Position numbers and translations under genes: made by a program | Shown here: piece after piece, positions 16,393 to 24,808 of the stretch | Layout: each line of letters begins with the position of its first letter | How positions within the stretch are numbered: the first letter of the stretch is position 1 | The notes under the pieces: model-generated | The model's database searches: none | Told to the model about the DNA's origin: nothing | The model's input: only the letters and a program-made list of their open reading frames with translations | NCBI RefSeq assembly: GCF_000354175.2 | Contig: NC_022359.1 | Location: 390,001-422,000, forward strand | Source: Vibrio alginolyticus NBRC 15630 = ATCC 17749 | Lineage (GTDB): Bacteria; Pseudomonadota; Gammaproteobacteria; Enterobacterales; Vibrionaceae | Direction: 5' to 3' | DNA length: 32,000 nt

Positions 16393-18306
16393 ATGACCCT
16401 ATATAAGAAGCTTGTGGTGGGGATGGTTACGGTCTTTATACTCTTGTTGGCATCAGTATTCGTAATCCAATTCAACACGACTCGAGACAGCTTGGAGCAA
16501 CAGCAACGTTCAGAGGTCAACAACACTATTAACACCGTAGGTTTGGCACTGGCTCCTTACCTAAAGGACAAAGATAAAGTCGCGGTTGAGTCCGTGATTA
16601 ATGCTCTATTTGACGGCAGCACCTACTCCGTTGTTCGTCTTACAGCATTAGATTCTGACTACCAGATCGTGCGTACTTACCCAGTTAAACCAAGTACGGT
16701 GCCACAATGGTTTATCGACATGAATCTATTTAAAGCGATTCACGATAAGCGTGTTGTGACCAGTGGTTGGATGCAGCTCGCCGAAGTAGAAATCATTAGC
16801 CACCCAGGCGCAGCTTACGAGCAGCTCTGGCAAGGTTTTATTGGCTTGCTGTCTGTATTCAGTGTTATTTTTCTAGCTGGTTTAGTGGCAATTTCATACA
16901 TCCTACGTCGCTCGCTAAAACCATTAACGGCCATCGTAAATAAAATGCATGAAATCGCGAATAACCAATTTGGTGAACCGCTTGCTCGTCCAAGAACCAA
17001 AGATCTTATCGCGGTGGTAGATGGCATTAACATGATGTCTGCTCAAATCGAGCTATCATTCAAAGAGCAAGCCAAAGAGGCGCAACGTCTGCGTGCTCAG
17101 GCTTACCTCGATCCTATATCTAAATTGGGTAACCGCTCATTCTACATCAACCAAATCGACCAATGGCTTGCAGAGCAAACGCAAGGGGGTATCGCGCTAC
17201 TCCATGCTGAATATATTGGGGACATTTACGAGACCAAAGATTACCAACGCGCAGATGCCCACGTTAAAGAACTGTCTCAACGTTTGAAAAACACCATTGA
17301 TGTACCGGGTGCCACTATTGCTCGCTTGTCTAGTGATGAGTTCGGCTTGCTTTTCCCTCATATGGATGAGAGCGAGTTACGCATTTTATCGGACAGCATC
17401 GTCAATTGTGTGAACGGCCTAAATACTGACCCAACAGGCTTAGCAAAACCTAAAGCGTCACTAGGGGTTGCACACAGCAAAGATCAGAAAACGCGCTCTG
17501 AAATCCTCTCGATGGTGGACAACGCACTATCGAAAGCCAAAGCGCAACCAGACAAGCCATACGGCTTCATTGGCAGTGATACACCTTCTAGTTTGATGGG
17601 TAAACAGCAATGGAAAGCGTTGGTTGAAGAAGCCATTCATAGTGATTGGGTTAAATTCCGTTTCCAAGCTGCGAAAAACACATGGGGTAAAGTATTCCAC
17701 AACGAAGTATTTTCAAGCATCGAAAAAGATGGTGAAACGTATCGTGCGAATCAATACCTATTCGCACTAGAACAGTTAGACGCCACCAACATCTTTGACC
17801 AGTATGTCATTGAATCAATGATTAAGATGCTAGAAAGTGGTGAACTTAATGACCCAGTCGCGATTAACATCGCGCAAAGCAGCTTGTCTCAACCATCGTT
17901 TATTCGCTGGACAACTAGCATGCTGGAAAAACACGCCAAAGTGGCCTCTAAGCTACACTTTGAAATTCCAGAGGAATGCTTTATCGATCAGCCTCACCAC
18001 ACAGCACTGTTATGTAATGCCATTCGCCAATCAGGTGCTGAGTTCGGCGTAGATAACTACGGACGTAACTTCCAATCTTTGGAATACATCCAAGAGTTCC
18101 GCCCGAACTATGTGAAGCTCGATTACCTATTCACACACAACTTGCACGACGAAAAACAAAAATTCACGCTAACGTCGATCTCTCGTACTGCCCACAACCT
18201 TGGTATTACGACTATCGCATCGCGTATCGAAACTCAAATCCAGTTGGACTTCCTCACTGAACATTTTGTTGAGGTATTCCAAGGATTCATCGTCGACAAG
18301 GAATAA
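16393..18306 (+). CDS. lapD: Inner-membrane c-di-GMP receptor LapD-like (periplasmic LapD/MoxY domain, HAMP, degenerate GGDEF, degenerate EAL)
   Basis: TM1 is LVVGMVTVFILLLASVFVI. The periplasmic domain has a GW loop (VVTSGWMQ). TM2 and HAMP follow. The GGDEF site reads SSDEF (RLSSDEFGLLF) and the EAL site reads EVFSS. The alternative start GTG 16384 overlaps the lapG stop (GTGA), but ATG 16393 has the better SD. Confidence 0.85.
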   Translation: MTLYKKLVVGMVTVFILLLASVFVIQFNTTRDSLEQQQRSEVNNTINTVGLALAPYLKDKDKVAVESVINALFDGSTYSVVRLTALDSDYQIVRTYPVKPSTVPQWFIDMNLFKAIHDKRVVTSGWMQLAEVEIISHPGAAYEQLWQGFIGLLSVFSVIFLAGLVAISYILRRSLKPLTAIVNKMHEIANNQFGEPLARPRTKDLIAVVDGINMMSAQIELSFKEQAKEAQRLRAQAYLDPISKLGNRSFYINQIDQWLAEQTQGGIALLHAEYIGDIYETKDYQRADAHVKELSQRLKNTIDVPGATIARLSSDEFGLLFPHMDESELRILSDSIVNCVNGLNTDPTGLAKPKASLGVAHSKDQKTRSEILSMVDNALSKAKAQPDKPYGFIGSDTPSSLMGKQQWKALVEEAIHSDWVKFRFQAAKNTWGKVFHNEVFSSIEKDGETYRANQYLFALEQLDATNIFDQYVIESMIKMLESGELNDPVAINIAQSSLSQPSFIRWTTSMLEKHAKVASKLHFEIPEECFIDQPHHTALLCNAIRQSGAEFGVDNYGRNFQSLEYIQEFRPNYVKLDYLFTHNLHDEKQKFTLTSISRTAHNLGITTIASRIETQIQLDFLTEHFVEVFQGFIVDKE

Positions 18307-18321
18307 AAAGGTTTATCAACG

Positions 18322-20436
18322 ATGAAAGACCCTTTACTGAATTCGCTCATCTACGTTAGCCGTTACTATGGGTTAGCTAACTCGCCAGAAGCGCTAGTCA
18401 ACGGACTACCGCTATCTGACGGTAAACTGACCCCATTTTTGCTACCAAGAGCAGCGGAAAGGGCCGGATTGGTTGCCAAGGAAAACCGCGCAGAGCTGGA
18501 GAGCATCTCTAGCCTAATTCTGCCGGCAATCTTAGTTCTTAAAGGCGGTGACTCTTGCGTTCTCAACAGCATCAATATGGAGAAACGCGAGGCCGAAGTC
18601 ACCACCCTAGAAAGTGGAATGGTGCCGATCTCTATTCCATTAGAAGACCTACTTGAGCAATACACTGGTCGGTACTTTTTAGTTAAAAAGCAATTCCGTT
18701 TCGATGAGCGCTCTCCCGAAGTGCTCAAAACCAACGAAGGCCACTGGTTCTGGTCAACCTTGTGGCAGTCAAAACGCATCTACCGTGATGTTTTAATCGC
18801 ATCACTTCTCATCAACCTCTTTGCGGTTGCCGCTCCGCTATTCACTCGCTTGGTGTACGACAAAGTGGTTCCGAATCTTGCGTTTGAAACCCTATGGGTA
18901 CTAGCAAGTGGCATCTTTGTCGTGTTCCTGTTTGACTTCATTCTCAAGTCGCTGAGAAATTACTTCATTGATGTGGCGGGCAAGAAGTCTGACATTCTGA
19001 TTTCATCCAAACTGTTCAGCAAAGTGATGGGGATTAGAATGGAATCGAAGCCGCCTTCGGTCGGTGCCTTCGCTCGCCATTTACAAGAATTCGAATCTAT
19101 TCGAGAGTTTTTTACTTCAGCGACCGTCAGTGCTCTCATTGATTTGCCTTTTGCCATTCTGTTCTTAGTGATTATATGGCTAATGGCTGGCGATCTTGTG
19201 TATGTACCGATGGTGGGCGTGGTCATTTTGATTATTCACTCGCTACTGATACAAGGGCCGCTGCGTCGCTCCATAGAGGAGGGTTCACGCCTAGCATCGC
19301 AAAAATATGCCAATTTGATAGAGAGCCTGGCTGGGTTAGAAACCGTAAAAATGCTCAGTGCGCAAAGCCAATTCCAATACCGCTGGGAAGAGGCAGTTGC
19401 GCACATGGCGAACTGGAATATAAAAAGCCGCCGAATTACGGATAGCATTCAAAACGCGGCAGGTTTTGTGCAGCAAAGTAGTAACGTAGGGATGATCATC
19501 CTAGGCGTTTACTTAATTGCAGAAGGCGACTTAACCATGGGCGGTTTGATTGCCGCAACCATGCTTAGCGGCCGCGCGATTGGTCCTTTGGTTCAGTTAT
19601 CCTTACTCTCTACGCGCTACAACCAAGCGAAGTCTTCTATGACAATTATCAATCAAGTCATGGAAATGCCGGATGAACAAGAAGAAGGTAAACGTTACAT
19701 TCACCGCCCAATAGTACAAGGCAAAATTGAACTTGAACGCGTGACCTTCCACTACCCAGATTCACCGGTGGCGTCGATTCGAGATTTGAGCTTGACTATT
19801 AACCCAGGCGAAAAAGTAGCGATCATAGGCCGTATCGGTTCGGGGAAAACCACGTTAGAGCGTCTAATCATGGGCTTGTATCAGCCGACGGAAGGTCATG
19901 TTCGCATTGATGATACCGACATCGCACAGCTGCATCATGTCGACATTCGCCGTAATATTGGTTGTGTGCCGCAAGATTCGAATCTGTTCTTTGGTTCTAT
20001 CCGCGACAACATTACGCTAGGTCGCCCATTAACCGATGACCGTGACGTACTAGACGCAGCGAATCGTGCCGGTGTTACTGCGTTTACGCAATCTGACCCA
20101 GCGGGCTTAGAACGCCAAGTTGGTGAAGGTGGTGCAATGCTTTCGGGTGGTCAACGTCAAGCAGTCACGATCGCTCGTGCATTTTTGGGTCGTCCTCCTG
20201 TTCTACTCATGGATGAACCAACCAGTGCGATGGATAATCGCTCAGAAATGCACATTAAACATCAATTAGCACAGTTGAAACCTAGTGAAACGCTGATTCT
20301 GATTACGCACAAAACGTCTATGCTCGACATCGTTGATCGCGTAATTGTGATGGAGAAAGGCAGCATCATTGCAGATGGCCCTAAAGCGCAAGTGCTGAAC
20401 GATTTGAAACAAGGCAAAGTGCGTGCGGTTAGCTAG
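18322..20436 (+). CDS. lapB: Type I secretion ABC transporter with an N-terminal C39-like (non-catalytic) domain (LapB/HlyB-like)
   Basis: 704 aa. The N-terminal ~130 aa is a peptidase-C39-like fold without the catalytic Cys at the expected N-terminal position. Six TM helices follow. ABC motifs are Walker A GRIGSGKTT, the signature LSGGQRQ and Walker B LLMDEPTS. Confidence 0.92.
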   Translation: MKDPLLNSLIYVSRYYGLANSPEALVNGLPLSDGKLTPFLLPRAAERAGLVAKENRAELESISSLILPAILVLKGGDSCVLNSINMEKREAEVTTLESGMVPISIPLEDLLEQYTGRYFLVKKQFRFDERSPEVLKTNEGHWFWSTLWQSKRIYRDVLIASLLINLFAVAAPLFTRLVYDKVVPNLAFETLWVLASGIFVVFLFDFILKSLRNYFIDVAGKKSDILISSKLFSKVMGIRMESKPPSVGAFARHLQEFESIREFFTSATVSALIDLPFAILFLVIIWLMAGDLVYVPMVGVVILIIHSLLIQGPLRRSIEEGSRLASQKYANLIESLAGLETVKMLSAQSQFQYRWEEAVAHMANWNIKSRRITDSIQNAAGFVQQSSNVGMIILGVYLIAEGDLTMGGLIAATMLSGRAIGPLVQLSLLSTRYNQAKSSMTIINQVMEMPDEQEEGKRYIHRPIVQGKIELERVTFHYPDSPVASIRDLSLTINPGEKVAIIGRIGSGKTTLERLIMGLYQPTEGHVRIDDTDIAQLHHVDIRRNIGCVPQDSNLFFGSIRDNITLGRPLTDDRDVLDAANRAGVTAFTQSDPAGLERQVGEGGAMLSGGQRQAVTIARAFLGRPPVLLMDEPTSAMDNRSEMHIKHQLAQLKPSETLILITHKTSMLDIVDRVIVMEKGSIIADGPKAQVLNDLKQGKVRAVS

Positions 20437-20464
20437 CCTGAATTCACATTGATAAAAGACAAAG

Positions 20465-20499
20465 GCCCCGTTTGACTCATGTTTAACGGGGCTTATTTT
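20465..20499 (+). terminator. Rho-independent terminator after lapB
   Basis: Stem GCCCCGTT (20465-20472) / AACGGGGC (20485-20492), followed by TTATTTT. Confidence 0.8.
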
Positions 20500-20600
20500 A
20501 TTGGGAGCCCGAGATAATTAAGTTCTTCAAGCGCGACCCAAACGAGTACAAGGCCAACAATCACGAATAAAATCATAATCGCCTTTTCATCTTCTTCCAT
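20493..20600 (-). CDS. Possible 35-aa single-TM small protein (speculative)
   Basis: Hand translation of the minus strand gives MEEDEKAIMILFVIVGLVLVWVALEELNYLGLPIK*. It is below the ORF-track cutoff. It has one clean TM helix with an acidic N-terminus and a weak AGGG about 10 nt upstream. Its stop overlaps the lapB terminator tail. Confidence 0.3.
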   Translation of the reverse strand: MEEDEKAIMILFVIVGLVLVWVALEELNYLGLPIK

Positions 20601-20929
20601 TTTTCAACGCCCTAAAAGCTATTTCAATTAATACACCTTAGGTTATCAGGACAAAAGTCATATTCAGCTCGTTTATGAGGAACTAGCATCATAGAATGTC
20701 GGATATGGGATACAGCTCAAAGAATGCTCTCTTCAAAATCACGTCAGCTTTGATTGAATATAAGTAATGAAGCCAAAGAGTTCGTAATGCTCACTAAGTC
20801 TTTGATTAACTTATATAGTACTCTGTGGTACCTCAACACAGAGACAAATGGTGTAAAGAAAAATTGTGATTACTTACAGCAAAAAATCAGCTATAAAAGC
20901 CGCTTTCTAGATATCGTCGAGATGAAGAA

Positions 20930-21523
20930 ATGAATGATTGGATCCAATTAGAGCAAGTGAGCCAGTATTTCACTACGGGCTCCCTCGGTTACAAACTATT
21001 GATGGGCATTTTTGTCCTGATCGCGTATCGCATCCTGAAGAGGATTGTAAATAGAGCCATCCTAAATTTGGCAACAACGAAAGGTGTAAAAAAGGCCCGT
21101 TTGAGTTTTATTCAGCGCTGTTTCAATGTCGCGCTGCTATTTTTGACCGCCTCTATTTTTGCCATTATCACAGGTATTGGCTATGGCGATGTGTCTTTGT
21201 TCCTATCGTCCATTTTTGCCGTATTAGGTGTGGCGTTTATTGCGCAGTGGTCAATTCTGAGCAACATCACTGCCAGCTTTTTGATCTTTTTTGTCTTCCC
21301 GTACCGAGTGGGTGACCGAATTAAAGTCGTAGACAAAGATGAAGACATCTGCGGTGAGATTCAAGAAATCAGCATGTTTCACGTGTTAATTAAGCACGAC
21401 AACGGTAACTTGATCACTTACCCAAACAACCAGATTTTGCAAAAAGCGGTACTAAAGCTGGCGAAAAACAAGCCAGAGCCAAGTAAAGCCAAATCTCGGA
21501 TTTATACTCGCAGAAAGAAATAA
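20930..21523 (+). CDS. Mechanosensitive ion channel family protein (short MscS-like)
   Basis: 197 aa with three TM helices. The pore-helix/beta-domain junction motif is GVAFIAQWSILSNITASFLIFFVFPYRVGDRIKV, typical of the MscS family. It lacks the large C-terminal vestibule of full-length MscS. Confidence 0.8.
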   Translation: MNDWIQLEQVSQYFTTGSLGYKLLMGIFVLIAYRILKRIVNRAILNLATTKGVKKARLSFIQRCFNVALLFLTASIFAIITGIGYGDVSLFLSSIFAVLGVAFIAQWSILSNITASFLIFFVFPYRVGDRIKVVDKDEDICGEIQEISMFHVLIKHDNGNLITYPNNQILQKAVLKLAKNKPEPSKAKSRIYTRRKK

Positions 21524-21529
21524 CCCACT

Positions 21530-21560
21530 AAAAAGCCGATGTATCTACATCGGCTTTTTA
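21530..21560. terminator. Bidirectional rho-independent terminator
   Basis: Stem AGCCGATG (21534-21541) / CATCGGCT (21548-21555) with loop TATCTA, an A-run upstream and T5 downstream. Confidence 0.85.
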
Positions 21561-21563
21561 GTA

Positions 21564-21851
21564 TCACTTGGTGGTCACAAATAACCCAAAGTTAATGGCG
21601 AAAAACAGTGAAGAGACAAAACGTATAAGCTGAAGGTCACCACTGTATTCTTTCATGATAAAAACATGACACATCGCCGAAACCAAAAGCGCCACTTTAA
21701 CCAAAGGAAGCTTCTTATTTACGAACCTTAAATAAATACAAAAAATAGAGATGGTGCAAGCAAAGAAAAAATCGTCACTAGTTCCATCTTCCTTAAAATA
21801 CAAGGACATGGTTTTAGTTAAGCTTATATTTTTAGCTTCATTATGAGCCAC
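21564..21851 (-). CDS. Hypothetical small membrane protein (AT-rich). The real start may be ATG 21809.
   Basis: The 95-aa ORF starts at GTG. An internal ATG (MSLYFKEDG...) would remove the 28-nt overlap with the upstream ORF. It has two or three hydrophobic segments and no recognisable motif. GC is visibly lower than in the flanks. Confidence 0.4.
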   Translation of the reverse strand: MAHNEAKNISLTKTMSLYFKEDGTSDDFFFACTISIFCIYLRFVNKKLPLVKVALLVSAMCHVFIMKEYSGDLQLIRFVSSLFFAINFGLFVTTK

Positions 21852-22171
21852 CCACTAATATTTAGCGAGATAAGGGCATAAAAGAGGTAAAAAACAAGAC
21901 TGACCGAAACAAAAAGTAGTGCATGCACTTTTTCTTCTAAGCTCTCTGGATGAACATTCATATCCACATCAAACACCCCCGCTATAAAGTGTGCAAATAC
22001 CGTGGAAGAGGCTGTAGAAAGGCCTCCTACCATAATGATAATAATCCCTCGCCTTAAGAAACGATGAAATGTACTTTTCCCGCCTTGGATCAGGTCTGAG
22101 TTTACATATTTTAATCTATTTTTCCGCCTATTAATCATCACTAGCATCGGTACCTTTATCATTGTTTCCAA
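21824..22171 (-). CDS. Hypothetical small membrane protein (AT-rich)
   Basis: 115-aa ORF with a basic N-terminus (INRRKNRLKY) and two hydrophobic helices (IIIIMVGGLSTASSTVFAHFIAGVF and LLFVSVSLVFYLFYALISL). I recognise no homology. Confidence 0.45.
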   Translation of the reverse strand: METMIKVPMLVMINRRKNRLKYVNSDLIQGGKSTFHRFLRRGIIIIMVGGLSTASSTVFAHFIAGVFDVDMNVHPESLEEKVHALLFVSVSLVFYLFYALISLNISGWLIMKLKI

Positions 22172-22320
22172 GAGAGTTTTCTACATCTTTAAGATCTTCC
22201 TTTAACGCTTTTATACACGACATTCATCGTCGTTGCATTCACTGTAGTTATGCCGTCGACTTACCCTATAAGAAAGCTCTTTAGATACCAATTCGTACTT
22301 TATCTATCTCAAATCTCTTC

Positions 22321-22351
22321 TTGACCTCAACTTATCTTGAGGTTTTAGCCT
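22321..22351 (+). promoter_or_regulatory. MerR-type promoter with a near-consensus SoxR box (19-bp spacer)
   Basis: TTGACC(-35)-TCAACTTATCTTGAGGTTT-TAGCCT(-10). The palindrome ACCTCAA-N6-TTGAGGT (22324-22343) matches the soxbox core CCTCAAGTTAACTTGAGG of the E. coli soxS promoter in both arms. The over-long 19-bp spacer is diagnostic of MerR-family control. Confidence 0.65.
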
Positions 22352-22375
22352 TAGTCGCACGATTAAAAATCAACA

Positions 22376-22978
22376 ATGAAAAAAGGAACCATTGTGTCCA
22401 AAATTGCGATTATTTATTTCTCTAAAACCGACGTTACTGGTCAGCTTGCTCGCGCGATTGCCGCAGGTGTTGAACAACAAGGCATTAAGCAGCAAGATGA
22501 ATGTGAAATCCTCTCTCACCGAATTGAAGGCAGTGAGATTATTGAGGGACGTTTTGTGAACCCTAAACTAATGGATGAACTTGCTGAGTGTGATGCGATT
22601 ATCTTTGGCTCACCGACCTATATGGGCGGTGTAGCAGCGCAGTTTAAAGCATTTGCAGATGCAAGCAGTGAATCTTGGTATTACCAAAAATGGGCGAGCA
22701 AAATCGCGGCTGGCTTTACCAGTGGTGGGGCAATGAATGGCGACCAATCTTGCACATTACAATATCTACAAACGCTCGCTAACCAACACGGCATGATGTG
22801 GGTCGGGTTGGATAAGATCAGCAATTCTGGGGAGCAAAACCTGAATCGTTATGGTGTACAAGGTGGTATTGTTGCACAAGGTGGTGAAGGTGGTCAGTTG
22901 CATGCTTCTGATGTTGCAACAGCGGAGTATCTTGGCAAACGAGTCGCTATGCTCGTGAACAAGCTCTCCACTCGCTAA
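22376..22978 (+). CDS. Flavodoxin-like fold NAD(P)H:quinone oxidoreductase (WrbA-like)
   Basis: 200 aa. The FMN-binding N-terminus is KIAIIYFSKTDVTGQLA, with FGSPTYMGGVAAQFKAF and AAGFTSGG also present. An alternative start at GTG 22394 has a better-placed AGGA SD and gives MSKIAIIYFS. Confidence 0.8.
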   Translation: MKKGTIVSKIAIIYFSKTDVTGQLARAIAAGVEQQGIKQQDECEILSHRIEGSEIIEGRFVNPKLMDELAECDAIIFGSPTYMGGVAAQFKAFADASSESWYYQKWASKIAAGFTSGGAMNGDQSCTLQYLQTLANQHGMMWVGLDKISNSGEQNLNRYGVQGGIVAQGGEGGQLHASDVATAEYLGKRVAMLVNKLSTR

Positions 22979-22982
22979 CAAT

Positions 22983-23024
22983 AAAAAGAAGCCCCGTAAG
23001 ATACATCTTCGGGGCTTCATATTT
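22983..23024. terminator. Bidirectional terminator between the quinone reductase gene (+) and mppA (-)
   Basis: Stem GAAGCCCCG (22988-22996) / CGGGGCTTC (23010-23018), with an A-run upstream and a T-rich tract downstream. Confidence 0.85.
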
Positions 23025-23041
23025 ATCGCTTGTTTTGAGCG

Positions 23042-24667
23042 CTACTTCTTGATGTAGAGATCTTTCGAGTAGATGCGCCCTTCTACGTTATTCTTTGCAA
23101 AGCCACCCACGGTTGGACGAACCAAACGTGCTTGCATGTAGTAATAGATTGGCGCGATAGGCATATCTGTCGCCAGCAACTGTTCAGCTTGGTCGTAAAA
23201 TCCTTGGCGCGCTTTCTCATTGGTTGCAGCCAATGCACTGTTCATCGCGTTGTCATACGCTTCACTGCTGTAACGTGCAAAGTTACCCGAAGAACCTGAG
23301 CGAAGTAAGCTCAGGAAAGTAGACGCTTCATTGTAATCACCACACCAGGAAGCGCGCATCACATCGAAATTGCCTTGTTTACGCGCCACTAAGTACGACT
23401 TCCACTCTTGGTTTTCTAACTCCACGTTTGCACCGAGATTTTTTTGTAGCATCGACGCTATCGCAACCGCGATCGATTTGTTTGCCTCACTGGTGTTGTA
23501 CAGCAATTTAAAATCGAGCGGCTTGTCTTGGCTGTAACCCGCTTCTTTTAACAACTGACGCGCTTTCTCGTCACGTTGTTGCTGACTCCACTTACTATAC
23601 TCAGGGGGAGTCGCATCAAAACCGGCAGTGTACTGATGCGCAAAGGTATACGCAGGAAGGTTGCCCACTTGCGTGACACCATTCGTAATCACATCACGCA
23701 TGATGGAGTACGACACCGCTTGACGCACTCGCGCATCATCAAATGGCGGACGAGTGGTATTGAACGCGTAGTAATACGTGCACAGTAATGGCACCACCGT
23801 GTAAGCCTGCTTGTAATCTTGTTTAAGCTTCTGCGCCATATGAGTCGGCACATCTGACGTGATATCCAGCTCTCCTGCCGCATAACGATTGATTGACGCG
23901 TTTTGGTTTTCAAACGGAATGTAAGTCACTCTGTTTAAATGCGTATCTGCGCTGTCCCAGTAATTTGGACTCTTAACCAGTTCAATGCGCTCATTCACGA
24001 CCCACTTATCCAATGTGAATGCACCGTTGCTAACAAATTGGTCTGGATCGCTCCACGGCTTGTCGCGGTTTTCCACTGTCGCTTGATGCACTGGCATCAT
24101 GGACGTGTGCCCAGTCATAGCAACAAAGTACGGCACTTGACTGTCCAACTCAAAACGTAGGGTGTATTTATCCACTGCCTTGATACCGAGATCGTCCAAA
24201 GGCTTTTTGTCCTCTGCTACATCGGCGATGTTTTTGATCTTGGTGAGTTTGAGATACCAAACATTTGGAGAAGCGGTCTTCGGGTCCACCGCTCGGCGCA
24301 GTGAATAGACAAAATCATCCGCCGTCACAGGCTCGCCATTCGACCATTTCGCGTCTTTGCGCAAGTGAAAAGTAAAGGTTTGGTTGTCGTTGGTTTCCCA
24401 TGATTCTGCCACACCGGGAATAATGTTTCCGTCACGATCTTGAATCACAAGCCCTTCAAATAAGTCACGAATCACATGCATTTCTGGCAGACCTTCGGCT
24501 TTCGCTGGGTCAAGCGTCGCCGCCTCTGCGTCATTCGCACGTACTAAATGCTGTTCTGCGGCAAGTTGAATACCTTTAGGTAAGGTCTCCGCAGCAACTG
24601 ATGTAGCAAGAAAAGGGGTGAATAAAGAGGAAATCAGCAACGCCGTTGAATGTTTTTTAAAATCCAT
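23042..24667 (-). CDS. mppA: Periplasmic oligopeptide/murein-tripeptide-binding protein (ABC SBP family 5; MppA/OppA-like)
   Basis: 541 aa with a signal peptide (ALLISSLFTPFLATSVAAE). OppA-family blocks are present (LVRANDAEAATLDP, GLVIQDRDGNIIPGVAESWE, WSNGEPVTADDFVYS). The MppA call rests on its divergent pairing with mpaA, as in E. coli. Confidence 0.8.
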   Translation of the reverse strand: MDFKKHSTALLISSLFTPFLATSVAAETLPKGIQLAAEQHLVRANDAEAATLDPAKAEGLPEMHVIRDLFEGLVIQDRDGNIIPGVAESWETNDNQTFTFHLRKDAKWSNGEPVTADDFVYSLRRAVDPKTASPNVWYLKLTKIKNIADVAEDKKPLDDLGIKAVDKYTLRFELDSQVPYFVAMTGHTSMMPVHQATVENRDKPWSDPDQFVSNGAFTLDKWVVNERIELVKSPNYWDSADTHLNRVTYIPFENQNASINRYAAGELDITSDVPTHMAQKLKQDYKQAYTVVPLLCTYYYAFNTTRPPFDDARVRQAVSYSIMRDVITNGVTQVGNLPAYTFAHQYTAGFDATPPEYSKWSQQQRDEKARQLLKEAGYSQDKPLDFKLLYNTSEANKSIAVAIASMLQKNLGANVELENQEWKSYLVARKQGNFDVMRASWCGDYNEASTFLSLLRSGSSGNFARYSSEAYDNAMNSALAATNEKARQGFYDQAEQLLATDMPIAPIYYYMQARLVRPTVGGFAKNNVEGRIYSKDLYIKK

Positions 24668-24808
24668 ATCGTTTTTCGTTCTCCTAACGCGTCTTGTGAA
24701 GCAAGTGCCACAATTAACATTTCAACCATTGACGAGTTTAAACGGTTCAGTTTAGCTAGGTGTAATTAGCTTAGATATTGATACTACTTCATCAATCAGG
24801 AGATTACG

